This document shows positions 1-9,589 of a DNA stretch of 64,000 bases, piece by piece. Under the pieces are notes generated by a model. The model had not been told where the DNA came from, did no database searches, and saw only the letters and a list, made by a program, of their open reading frames with translations. The stretch's first letter is position 1, and every line of letters begins with the position of its first letter. Origin of the DNA: Candidatus Multivoradales bacterium (GTDB taxonomy: Bacteria > Acidobacteriota > Thermoanaerobaculia > Multivoradales > J023); NCBI GenBank assembly GCA_965248925.1, contig CBDFLE010000006.1, forward strand, positions 256,001-320,000, written 5' to 3'. The position numbers and the translations under genes were made by a program.

Positions 1-747
1 CCGCCAGCACTGGCGCCAATCGATAGTGCTTTAGCTCGAAAGCTCGGCCCACTTCGCCACTCAGTTCCACCGGTCGCCATTCACGCTCCACGAAATCGGC
101 CGAAACTATTTCCTGCCCCAGCCAGGCGGCATCGAAATACTCGAACAGGCTGGTCTTAAGCAGTTCCGAGGCGCGCTTGCCGATCAACCTAGAGAAAGCC
201 CGATTGACAAATAGCAGCTGCCCGAGCCGATCACTAACCACCACCGCCAACGGATCACCCGGCTGCCGCGAGCGGCCCCGAACCTCGGACCAGGCTTGAG
301 AAAATTCGAATTCAGCACCCCCGTCATGCTGCAGGGTGCGGGCGATCAACGCGGCAGTCACGTCGGTGTGAATGCCAACAAAGTGAGTCAGGCGGCCGGC
401 CTCGTCCAGTACCGGACTGAGTTTGAGTTCGTCCAAGAAAACCGTGTGATCTTTTCTGTAGTGGCGCAGCAGAGCGCGGCAGCTGACCCCCTCGCCCAGC
501 GCCCGACGAAGTTGGGCGAGCTGCCTAGAGTCCGTGCCCGAACCTTGTAGAAAAAGACAGTCTCGCCCCAGAACCTCCGCCGCAGCGTAGCCGGTGAGGC
601 GTTCGAATCCTGGGTTGACATAGATCAGCGACATCTCCGCGGACCTGGCATCAGCCACGGTGACCCCATTACTGACTTCTTTCAACAAGGGTTCTAGCAA
701 GCCAGAGAGGTTGGACCAAGTCACGGCAATATCTCCGTATAGCTGCC

Positions 748-1854
748 TCAACTACCGGCCATGCCACCAGACGATCGCAGCTGCCGGGCGCTCCTATGAG
801 CCCTAAAATGCCGCGAACCGGGAGCGAGGAGAGCCTGCTGGCTAGCCGCCGAAGTACCGCGGCCCGGTGCAGAACGCATCAGGCTCAAGGTCTCGTAGAG
901 ATCGATCAAACGACCCAGAATCAGTGACTTATTGCCGCCATTGCGCAACATCCAATCGAGGTTCTCATCCAGCCCGAAGAGTTCGTCGAGAAGCTCCACC
1001 GAGGTGTAGCTGAGCGGCCCGTAGGGGTCGCCGTCGCCAAGCTGAGAGAATGCCTGGCGAATAACCACCAGATCGTGTTCGGCGAGACCGCGCTCACCAT
1101 TGCTGGAGCGCAAAAGTTCGAGAAACAGCAGCAGCTCGGACAATACCTGCTGCCCTCCTGCTGGCTGCCGCTGACCCCGCAACCACTGGCTCAGGTGATG
1201 TTGGAGCTGCCGGGCTCGTAACCGCTCTTCCGCCTTTAGATGGCAAAAGTCGTCCTGTCCCATCAGCCAGGCCAGCACGTTGCCCACTCGGCGCAAGCGC
1301 CCCTGAAGGTCGGCTCCAGCGGGTCGGCGAGACGGTAAGCGGGCCAGCAGCCGTCCGGTCAGCCGGCGAGCGGCGAACGCTCGCTGGTGCGAATCGCCGC
1401 GAGCCGCCCGCGACTCGACCCCCAACAAATGGCTCAGCCAGCCTTCGAGAAACGATAAGCGAGCGAGCATCCTGCTGCGCACCTGCTCCAAGGCGATCAA
1501 CACCCGGTCGGGGTCAGCCGTTGGGTCATTCAACTGCCCGAGCCGCAGCCCACAAACCCGCAATTCGGCTAACAGAACCAAGCATAGGTCGGACAGGTCA
1601 GCCAGCTGCCGAGGAGTGGCGCCAACTCCCGGACCCGTCGCCGCGTCCAAGGTACGAGTTGACAGCTCATGCAGCAGGCGACAGCAGCGCACCACCACCT
1701 CGATCCTCGCCGGCATCGGCGCAACAGCCTCGCCAGAGGCTTCCGACCCACTCTCCAGCAGCGCACAGCCGCGGACGACATCGATCATTTCAAGCACCTG
1801 GCGCAACCCATCCTGCAACTCAAAAGGTCGCCGGCTCGGCTCTTCGCCGCTCAT
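748..1854 (-). CDS. Hypothetical helical protein, paralogue of 2184..3233
   Basis: 368-aa ORF; shares segments with the neighbour (TPRQLADLSDLC vs TPRKLEDLTDVC; VLAWLMG vs VLVWLLG; LFGLDENLD vs LLGLDETLD). Confidence 0.7.
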   Translation of the reverse strand: MSGEEPSRRPFELQDGLRQVLEMIDVVRGCALLESGSEASGEAVAPMPARIEVVVRCCRLLHELSTRTLDAATGPGVGATPRQLADLSDLCLVLLAELRVCGLRLGQLNDPTADPDRVLIALEQVRSRMLARLSFLEGWLSHLLGVESRAARGDSHQRAFAARRLTGRLLARLPSRRPAGADLQGRLRRVGNVLAWLMGQDDFCHLKAEERLRARQLQHHLSQWLRGQRQPAGGQQVLSELLLFLELLRSSNGERGLAEHDLVVIRQAFSQLGDGDPYGPLSYTSVELLDELFGLDENLDWMLRNGGNKSLILGRLIDLYETLSLMRSAPGRGTSAASQQALLAPGSRHFRAHRSARQLRSSGGMAGS

Positions 1855-2183
1855 CGCCAGGCCCCAAGATCCAGTCGCCAGACCGCGGGATTCGATGCCA
1901 GAATCATCTCAGTCTCCATCGCCTGACTCCTCCCTGCATAAGAGCATCACACCGCGGTTGCCTGCGCGGAAGGACGCGGCTCTCAGCTGACCGGCTTGAT
2001 GAGGCCAGCACAACTAGGCAGCCGGCCGATCTTCAGCGGCCAGTCCTAGTCAAAACTAGAGGCAAATATGATGAACTAGAAATTCAAAGAGAAAAACCGA
2101 GTGCTTCGCTCGGCAAGAAAAGGCGAGGCAAATGATCTCACGGCGCGCGGCGGGAGGTCAACATCGACCTGGCGCGATCAAGC

Positions 2184-3233
2184 CTAAACCAAACGCAGGT
2201 TTCTGGCCGGCAGGACCTTCGGCCGATCGGCTTCGGTATCAACCGCCAAGGAAGTCACCGACGCCATCGACTGCTCAATCTCGATCAACTTGGCGATCAC
2301 CAAAGTGCGGGCGGCCCCTTGGCGCAGCAAGTTATCCAACGTCTCGTCGAGGCCGAGCAGAGGGTCAAGAATCTCAGCCATCAGCTGCTCAGAGTCGGCC
2401 CCAGCCTCACCACTGCCAAGCTGTTGAATAGCCCGCTCCAAGACTTGCTGGTCGTGCTCGACCAGAGCTGGATGGCGAGCCATGCGCCGCAGCAACTCGC
2501 TGAACACCTGCAACTCATGCCAAATCTGCCGACCGGTGCGCTGATCACGGTCGCCGCGCAGCCAATTGAGGATCATCTCCCGCAACTGCCGGGTCATCAG
2601 CCGGTCCTCGGGACCCAGGCTAGAAAAAGTGGAGTGACCGAGCAGCCAAACCAAGACCGTCCCCGAGCGACACAAAGAAGACTCTAGATCGTTTTCGAAG
2701 TCACCCGAGTCCGGCAACCGAGATTTCAGCTTGGCGACCAGTCGTCGCGCGGCCAAGGAACGGCGGGCCACGTCGATGTGCTGGGTACGCGGCGTGGCTC
2801 CGGAGATCGCACTAAGTCGGACATCCAACGCCCAGAGACCATTGATGGTCTTGGCGCGTGCTCGCTCGAGGGCGATCAGTACCGCCTGGGGATCCAGCTT
2901 GCCCTCGCCAAGCCGACCGAGTCGACGACCGCAGGCCCTCAGATCTGAACGCAGGACAAAGCAAACATCCGTCAGATCCTCGAGTTTCCGTGGCGTCAGG
3001 CTAGCAACAAACGGGCCGGCCGAAGTAGGAGTCAGATGGCAGAGATCACTAATCGCCGCACAAGCCCTAGAGATCAGATCCACCAGCTCTCCGACCACCT
3101 CGCTTGCCTCGAAGGGTTGTCCCCGCTCATAGACCTGAAGCTGGAAGCTCCGCACCTCGACTATCAGGCTGTAGATCGAGTCCAGGACAGCCTCCAAATC
3201 GACTGCCGACGATTGAGGCTGCTCCTTAATCAT
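2184..3233 (-). CDS. Hypothetical helical protein, paralogue of 748..1854
   Basis: 349-aa ORF; collinear similarity with the adjacent ORF. Confidence 0.7.
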   Translation of the reverse strand: MIKEQPQSSAVDLEAVLDSIYSLIVEVRSFQLQVYERGQPFEASEVVGELVDLISRACAAISDLCHLTPTSAGPFVASLTPRKLEDLTDVCFVLRSDLRACGRRLGRLGEGKLDPQAVLIALERARAKTINGLWALDVRLSAISGATPRTQHIDVARRSLAARRLVAKLKSRLPDSGDFENDLESSLCRSGTVLVWLLGHSTFSSLGPEDRLMTRQLREMILNWLRGDRDQRTGRQIWHELQVFSELLRRMARHPALVEHDQQVLERAIQQLGSGEAGADSEQLMAEILDPLLGLDETLDNLLRQGAARTLVIAKLIEIEQSMASVTSLAVDTEADRPKVLPARNLRLV

Positions 3234-3389
3234 CGCGCGCTCCGGCGACTACCCTTCCCGGCTCTCTCACCCAGCTGCTTGGATCGCTTAGACCACCCAT
3301 TCAGGCCCCCCCCCCCTTACGAGCCGTCCGTCCTGACAGCTCTATCGGCTTGGCCTCAAACCTTAGCCGGTGTGGCACGATCTTGCAGG

Positions 3390-4838
3390 TCAGTAATTCT
3401 GGTCTAAACGCCTCAGTAGCCGGCGCACCGTGTCGATCAACTCACCGCGCTGCACTTCCAACTGACCGGGACGCTCAGCCAGCCACTCCTGTCGATCTTC
3501 GATGTCAGCAGCGATATGCCGCCCTACATCCATATCCTTGAGCGTCACGATGCCCTTGGCATGCTCGTCCGAGCCCATCAGCAAGGCGATCGGAATCTCC
3601 AGCTGGTCGGCGTACTTGAGCTGCTTGCCGACATTACGACCGCCGCCGAGGTACAACTCGGCCGGGATGCCAGCGCGACGCAGCTCGAAAGTCATCGCCA
3701 GGTACTCATCGACCAATGAGGGATCCATGCGCGTCACCAACACTCGCGAAGTCGACTTGCGAGTCTGTACCTTGCCGAGATGCTCGAGCGCCGCCAACAG
3801 CCGATCGACCCCGATCGAGGCACCGGTGGCGGGCATCGGCTGCCCCGAGAAACGTTGCACCAAACCGTCGTAGCGGCCGCCACTGAACACCGAGCCAAAC
3901 TGCGGCGCATCGGTCAACACCGCTTCCCAGATCGGTCCGGTGTAATAAGCCAGCCCGCGAGCGATCGACAAGTCGAGCCCGACCTTGTCGTCGCCATAGC
4001 CCAGCGCATATAGATGGCGCGAGATCGTCGCCACGATGCCGATTTCCTGCTCGGCGCCGTCGACCCCGGAAAAAGTCTCCCTCAGCTGTTCGACAACCTC
4101 ATCCCGCGAGCCCTCGACCTGCAAGAACTGGCCGATCTTGTCAACTTGTCCAGCGCCCAATCCAAGGCCGCGAATGCGGTCCCCCGAGCGGTCCGTATAG
4201 CCCTCGGTAAGCTCCAGCCGAACCTTCTCCAACCCCACCTTGTCGAACTTGTCCAGAACGCGGAACACGTCGCTGGCGCGGTCGCTGGAGATCTCTGCGA
4301 AACGCAGCAAGACATTGAGCAAGCCGCGGCTCGAATAGCGCACCCGATAAGCCTCGATACCGAGGGCCTCCAAGGTGTCGCACATACCGGCCAGGATTTC
4401 GGTATCGGCGATCTCCGAAGGCGCTCCCACCGAATCGAGATCGAATTGGATGAATTCGCGAAAGCGCCCCTTGTCGGGCTTATCGCCGCGCCACACTTCG
4501 GCCACTTGATAGCGGCGGAAAGGCCGCGGCAAATCGCGGTGCTGAGAGACAAACCGGGCCAGCGGTACGGTGAGGTCAAAGCGCAGCCCCAGCTCCTCCT
4601 GCTCCCGGTTGCTGACCGTGAAGATCGACTTGGCGGCCTCCTCCCCCGAATCCGCGCCCAGCAGCACATCGAGGTACTCCACCGCCGGGGTCGAGATCGG
4701 CAGAAAGCCATAGCCCTCATAGACCCCCCGAATAGTGTCGATCATCCACTGCCGCGCCAACTGCTGCTGCGGCATCAAATCGCGCAAACCCCGCGACGTT
4801 CTAGGTTTGACTCGCTTCGGCTTGACTCGCTTTGCCAT
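3390..4838 (-). CDS. hisS: Histidine--tRNA ligase, Caulobacter/Rhizobiales-like type
   Basis: LRFDLTVPLAR, GRFREFIQFD, ARGLAYYTG and GGRYDGL motifs plus C-terminal anticodon-binding domain; start placed at ATG of MAKRVK. Confidence 0.95.
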   Translation of the reverse strand: MAKRVKPKRVKPRTSRGLRDLMPQQQLARQWMIDTIRGVYEGYGFLPISTPAVEYLDVLLGADSGEEAAKSIFTVSNREQEELGLRFDLTVPLARFVSQHRDLPRPFRRYQVAEVWRGDKPDKGRFREFIQFDLDSVGAPSEIADTEILAGMCDTLEALGIEAYRVRYSSRGLLNVLLRFAEISSDRASDVFRVLDKFDKVGLEKVRLELTEGYTDRSGDRIRGLGLGAGQVDKIGQFLQVEGSRDEVVEQLRETFSGVDGAEQEIGIVATISRHLYALGYGDDKVGLDLSIARGLAYYTGPIWEAVLTDAPQFGSVFSGGRYDGLVQRFSGQPMPATGASIGVDRLLAALEHLGKVQTRKSTSRVLVTRMDPSLVDEYLAMTFELRRAGIPAELYLGGGRNVGKQLKYADQLEIPIALLMGSDEHAKGIVTLKDMDVGRHIAADIEDRQEWLAERPGQLEVQRGELIDTVRRLLRRLDQNY

Positions 4839-4976
4839 AAGATCTTCCTCGAAATGCCGGCAATCCATCGGCGGCCAGCCGTGCCGGTCGAGATTGCCGG
4901 AAAAAAGCGCTACGCACGGCAAATTCTAGCAGCCACCGGCCGTGCTGCCCGAAGAGGTCTGCGGTATTGGGGGGGA

Positions 4977-5053
4977 TGGTACTGAAGCCCGGAATTGAAC
5001 CGGGGACCTCTTGATCCACAATCAAGCGCTCTAACCAACTGAGCTACTTCAGC
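4977..5053 (-). tRNA. tRNA-His(GUG), copy 1
   Basis: Reverse complement GCTGAAGTAGCTCAGTTGGTTAGAGCGCTTGATTGTGGATCAAGAGGTCCCCGGTTCAATTCCGGGCTTCAGTACCA folds as a cloverleaf with GTG anticodon and encoded CCA. Confidence 0.95.
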
Positions 5054-5139
5054 GCCGGGGGGCGATGGTAGTCGCTGCGTGCCACCGTTGTAAAGAGGGC
5101 CGCCGCAAGGGCTGGCGCCGTGCTGCACACATTCAAACC

Positions 5140-5763
5140 TCAGCGAGTCGCTTGAAAATGCATGGCATCGCGGCCCCAGGCCAGCGCTCCGCTCTTCCAC
5201 CCCGCTGACTGGAAGATATCGATCACCTCGATCGGCATGGTGGCCGGCGCCGGCCAGGGAACCCGGAATCCGTTCTTCTTCGGATCGAGGTCGATCGCCA
5301 TACCCCAGGCATGGGTCGACCATGCGGAATCGCTACCGCGCTGTTTGCGGAAAGCGTAGACCCCGCCGTAGAGGTGCATCCTGGCGGCCTCGAGGGAGGC
5401 TCGATCGCCATAGTGATCGCGAATCGCTTCCAGGGCGCCAGTGAGCGAGTCGGCGACCCGGCGGTGGCATCGGGTTCGGGTCACCGTGGTGCCGTGGTCC
5501 CAAGCCAGCAGCATTGGGTACGGCAGGTTGATCATCACCAGATTGTGTTCGCCGGGTTCGCCATAGAACGCTTGCAGAGAGCGTTCGTCGGGCGCTGGCC
5601 AAGGCGACAGCTCAGCGGCTCCCGAGAACCCCGTCTGGGCTCGCCAGGCGGCCTCAGTTTCCGCGCCGGCCCAGCCGTCAATGGCGACGCTCTGCCCTTC
5701 CTTTTGCAGCCAGCGTTGGTTGAGTTCGGCAAAAGACTCGTTGGCTTGGTGCTTCTCAATCAT
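5140..5763 (-). CDS. M15-family peptidoglycan metallopeptidase
   Basis: SxHAWGMAIDLD and DAMHFQ zinc-binding motifs; start moved to MIEKH because the longer ORF overlaps the tRNA. Confidence 0.8.
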   Translation of the reverse strand: MIEKHQANESFAELNQRWLQKEGQSVAIDGWAGAETEAAWRAQTGFSGAAELSPWPAPDERSLQAFYGEPGEHNLVMINLPYPMLLAWDHGTTVTRTRCHRRVADSLTGALEAIRDHYGDRASLEAARMHLYGGVYAFRKQRGSDSAWSTHAWGMAIDLDPKKNGFRVPWPAPATMPIEVIDIFQSAGWKSGALAWGRDAMHFQATR

Positions 5764-5818
5764 CGGCGCCCTCCTTGGCCCGGTCATCGAGTTAGGCTTC
5801 CTGGAGAAGGGGGGGGGA

Positions 5819-5895
5819 TGGTACTGAAGCCCGGAATTGAACCGGGGACCTCTTGATCCACAATCAAGCGCTCTAACCAACTGAGCTACTTCAGC
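5819..5895 (-). tRNA. tRNA-His(GUG), copy 2, identical to copy 1
   Basis: Same 77-nt sequence as 4977..5053. Confidence 0.95.
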
Positions 5896-6056
5896 GCCGG
5901 GTGGGCGATGCTAGTCGCTGCATGCGGCGGTTGTAAAGGGTCTGAACCCTGAGCTGCGTCAGCGGTAGCAAATAGGACGAAGGATCGACCTGCTCCTGGA
6001 CTCCCCTCCCACGACAGCCGAACCAGCTGAACCGCCAACCAACCCCGGAGACCCCC

Positions 6057-6785
6057 ATGCAGCCGCAACTCCTCGACCGAGTGTCGATCCTGAGATCCGC
6101 CCATCAAGTAGCCAAGACCGCGCAGCGCAGACGACGGCTTGCCGCACATGCCTCAATCGCCGTCACCCTGCTGAGCTTCGCTTCCCTACCCCTCCAAGCC
6201 GCGGCTGGCGACCGCTGGATTGTCCGCGCGCACGGCCTCATCCTCAGCACTTCAGGAGATCCCGCAGTGGCACCGCGAGAGACCGCCGAGGGAATCGAGC
6301 AGATCAGCCACGAGGTAGGCAACGGTTCAGGCTTCGGGCTCAGCTTGGAATTTCTGATAAATGGCACCTACGGGGAGGAAATAGGCATCTACGACGGCGA
6401 CCTCGACAGCGACTTGAGCATCGACAACGGCTCGCAAATCCGCCTCGACAGTGCCGACACCGGTTGGGAGATATACACCCTGGGTTGCAACTACCACTTC
6501 ACGCCAAGCCCGCGAATCGGCGTCTCCTTGGGCGCCTTCGCCGCCATCACCTTCTTCGACGACACCTTCTTCTTCACCGGCGGCGGCAGCGAAAAGCTGA
6601 CCTTCGACGACGACTACGGCATCGGCCTGAAGGTCGGCCTCGACATCCCCCTCGGCGCCAACAGCGGCTGGCTGTTGACCGCCGAAGGGCGCTATCTATC
6701 GACCATTCTCGAGACCGAAGGCCTGACCCGAGACATCGAAATCAATCCCCTGATCCTCGCGGCAGGGGTGGGCTATCGCTTCTAG
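6057..6785 (+). CDS. OmpW-like outer-membrane beta-barrel protein
   Basis: Signal-like hydrophobic stretch, alternating beta-strands, C-terminal INPLILAAGVGYRF; start uncertain. Confidence 0.7.
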   Translation: MQPQLLDRVSILRSAHQVAKTAQRRRRLAAHASIAVTLLSFASLPLQAAAGDRWIVRAHGLILSTSGDPAVAPRETAEGIEQISHEVGNGSGFGLSLEFLINGTYGEEIGIYDGDLDSDLSIDNGSQIRLDSADTGWEIYTLGCNYHFTPSPRIGVSLGAFAAITFFDDTFFFTGGGSEKLTFDDDYGIGLKVGLDIPLGANSGWLLTAEGRYLSTILETEGLTRDIEINPLILAAGVGYRF

Positions 6786-6906
6786 GCGGGGTGGGCGGGG
6801 CTCCGGGCTGGACAGCATCCTGGGCCACTTGATTAGTGCGATCTGAGCGCATATGATTTAGGTGCAAAGAGATGTGCTTGTCGCACACACCAAGAGGAAC
6901 AATGAG

Positions 6907-7128
6907 ATGCGAACCACTATCACCGTCGACGACGTCATCTTCGGCGACCTGATGAACCTCACCCAAGCGAAGTCGAGAAACGAAGCGATCAACACCGCGC
7001 TGGCCGAGTGGGTCCGCAGGCAGAAGATCCAGCGACTCAAGTCGCTGCGAGGAAAGCTCTCGATTGCCGACGATCTTGACGATCGTCGCCAGCTAGAGAT
7101 CGGAGAGGCCAGATCGCTTGGCCGCTGA
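6907..7128 (+). CDS. VapB-type antitoxin
   Basis: MRTTITVDD ribbon-helix-helix N-terminus; overlaps a PIN-domain gene. Confidence 0.8.
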   Translation: MRTTITVDDVIFGDLMNLTQAKSRNEAINTALAEWVRRQKIQRLKSLRGKLSIADDLDDRRQLEIGEARSLGR

Positions 7129-7504
7129 TGTACTTGTCGACTCCTCGGCCTGGATTGAATATTTTCGTCAAAGCGATGGCCTCGTGGGCGACACCATCCT
7201 GCGTCTGCTCGACGCCGACAGGATCGTCCTTTGCGGCATTGTCGAGCTAGAACTGCTGCAGGGTGCGCTGCCCAAAGAACGCCGCATGCTGAAGGAGCTA
7301 CTCCAGGCACTGACCTACGTCGAATCCGAACGCCGAGATTTCGTTGCAGCGGGCGAGGGGTTGGCCCTACTGCGTCGCCGAGGAGTGACCATCCCGGCCA
7401 CCGACGGGCTGATTGCAACTCTCTGTCTACGCCACCGGTTGTCGCTGCTGGCCATTGACTCGCACTTCGACCACTACCCCGAATTGCTACGGCTAGCCAC
7501 TTGA
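7118..7504 (+). CDS. VapC PIN-domain toxin
   Basis: VLVDSSAWIEY, DGLIA and DSHF PIN motifs. Confidence 0.85.
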   Translation: MAADVLVDSSAWIEYFRQSDGLVGDTILRLLDADRIVLCGIVELELLQGALPKERRMLKELLQALTYVESERRDFVAAGEGLALLRRRGVTIPATDGLIATLCLRHRLSLLAIDSHFDHYPELLRLAT

Positions 7505-7654
7505 TCGTCAGCCCAACAAAGAAAAAATCACCAAGCCGCAAGATTGCCCACCCACTCCGCGTCTCTATAGGTGTTTTCGCCATTTGCCAAAAAATCTCTG
7601 GCAAGAACAGTACTTTCCGGATATATTTCCGGATAACACTTGGGAGACTGTCTC

Positions 7655-7936
7655 ATGACCACCGCCCAGATTCGCGCCCTCAGCACTCACCGTCGCCGCC
7701 TCAAAGAGCGCGGCTTGGCCCGAGTCGAAGTCCAGGCCCGCCGCGACGACGCCGACCTGCTGCGGGCGCTGGCCAGCCGGTTGCGCGACGATCCAGCCGA
7801 TGACCTACGCCACCGCTTGGCGGAGCTACTCTCCAGCCCCAACAAGCCAAGCTTGAAAGCTCTCCTCGCCGCCGCGCCACTCGCAGATCTCGACTTGGAG
7901 CGCCAACGTGATTTGCCTCGGGACATCGAGCTATGA
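7655..7936 (+). CDS. Putative antitoxin
   Basis: Small ORF with ATGA overlap onto a PIN toxin gene. Confidence 0.7.
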   Translation: MTTAQIRALSTHRRRLKERGLARVEVQARRDDADLLRALASRLRDDPADDLRHRLAELLSSPNKPSLKALLAAAPLADLDLERQRDLPRDIEL

Positions 7937-8361
7937 GCCAGACAGCTGGCTATCTTCTCGACACCAACATCATTTCGGAAATCGGCAAGGGTCAGCACTG
8001 CGACCAGCGAGTGGCAGGTTGGTTCGAGAGGCTCGACGACAGCGAACTTCACCTCAGCGTGCTGGTGATTGGCGAAGTTCGCAAAGGGATCGAGTCCCTA
8101 CGGCCGCGAGACGCCGCCCGCGCCGCGGGTATCGAAGCTTGGCTAGGCCAGATCGAGAGGGCCTTCGCCGGCCGCATTCTGCCGATCAACACCCTGGTGG
8201 CCGATCTCTGGGGCCGGCTCGCGGCACGCCGCACCCTGCCGGTCATCGATAGTCTGCTGGCCGCCACCGCCCTCGCCCACGGCCTAGTCTTGGCCACCCG
8301 CAATGTCGATGACCTGATCGACAGCGGCGCCCGGATGTTGAATCCCTTCGAGGAGAGGTGA
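7933..8361 (+). CDS. VapC PIN-domain toxin
   Basis: YLLDTNIISE, DSLLAATALAHGLVLATRN motifs. Confidence 0.9.
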   Translation: MSQTAGYLLDTNIISEIGKGQHCDQRVAGWFERLDDSELHLSVLVIGEVRKGIESLRPRDAARAAGIEAWLGQIERAFAGRILPINTLVADLWGRLAARRTLPVIDSLLAATALAHGLVLATRNVDDLIDSGARMLNPFEER

Positions 8362-8483
8362 GATCACCGCAGAAGATCAACGCTCCGAGCCCACAAAAGC
8401 AATTACAGCGCAAGAATCGGATTGGCAGCTCACCGCGGCAGCGGTTTCAATAGGTAGCACCACACCTACCGAGGAGACCCCCT

Positions 8484-8951
8484 ATGTCCTTTCGTATCAC
8501 CGGCCTTTCGCCCCAACCTTTTCGGCACCTGTTCGGGCTGAGCGACGAGGAGCTTACCCAGCACGGCGCGCAGCGCTATATCGCCGACCGCAAGCCAGGC
8601 TTCCCCGACCGGATCGAAATGCGCGACGCCGAACCCGGCGAATCGCTAATTCTAGTCAACTACGTCCACCAAGCCGCCGACACTCCTTTTCGCGCCTGCC
8701 ATGCGGTCTTTGTCCGCGAGGGTGCCGTAGCCGTCTACGACCGGATCGACGAGGTGCCTGAGGTCTTGCGCCTGCGGCAGCTGTCGCTGCGCGCATTCGA
8801 TGCTGACGGCATGCTGATCGACGCCGACTTGGTCCAGGGCGGTGAGCTGGAGATTCCGGTCGAGCGGCTGTTGGCAAACCCGCGGGTCGCCTACATTCAG
8901 GCCCACTACGCCAAACCTGGCTGTTACGCGGCGCGGATCGACCGCGCCTAG
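8484..8951 (+). CDS. DUF1203-family protein
   Basis: MSFRITGL, PGFPDRI and HYAKPGCYAARIDR resemble this family. Confidence 0.75.
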   Translation: MSFRITGLSPQPFRHLFGLSDEELTQHGAQRYIADRKPGFPDRIEMRDAEPGESLILVNYVHQAADTPFRACHAVFVREGAVAVYDRIDEVPEVLRLRQLSLRAFDADGMLIDADLVQGGELEIPVERLLANPRVAYIQAHYAKPGCYAARIDRA

Positions 8952-9246
8952 TGCTGCTATGGTCGAGGGCTAGGATCATCACGGTCCTAGAACGCCTCAG
9001 ACGTCTCGATCTCGAGTCGCCGTCGATAGTCGAGATCGTCACCAATCGAAGGCTTGCCTCGCAGAGCCTTGAGCTTGTGCTAGCGCGAGAATTCGGCTAG
9101 CACCTAGTCGGTGGCTTCGTCTCTCGACTTTGCCTGGGTGACACGTATCGACTCACAGACAGCGGCGTCGAGAACGACAACAGTGCGGATCTCTATCTCT
9201 ACGAAAAACGCAGCTGTAGCGACTCTAGGCCAGCTGCTACCGGCCC

Positions 9247-9407
9247 TCACCCCACACAAACGTCGACACTCGGCGAGAAGCCGCAGTCGGCACCGACGTT
9301 GTTGGCGCAGGTCAGGCCGGTGGCGCATTGGCCGTCGTTGTCGCAATCGCCCTGCCCGGCGGCGCACGGCCCGCAGTCGCGGCAGTAGTGGCCATGGCCC
9401 AACGGCC
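9247..9407 (-). pseudogene. Orphan copy of the 3' Cys-rich end of the gene at 15921..17789
   Basis: About 160 bp closely matching 15921..16081, including the stop codon. Confidence 0.75.
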
Positions 9408-9589
9408 TATAGCACGAGATGTGACGTACAACGAGAAAGTACTTACAGAGATTTCGACGCCCTCTTGGGTCTATTGCACCGATATCTTGAAGAAGGTGCG
9501 CAGGAGAACTTCAGACTAGCCAGCACGGTAGGCTGCTCTGAGCAAGCCCCGGAAACTAGGCAGGACAACGCACAGCAGAGCCTCCCACC

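Noticed and set aside
1-621. Possible third regulatory or PAS-like gene at the window start
   Set aside because: Only short interrupted frames; no product can be supported
5764-5880. N-terminal extension of the M15 peptidase ORF, and ORFs 4801..5025 and 4910..5323
   Set aside because: They overlap tRNA-His genes
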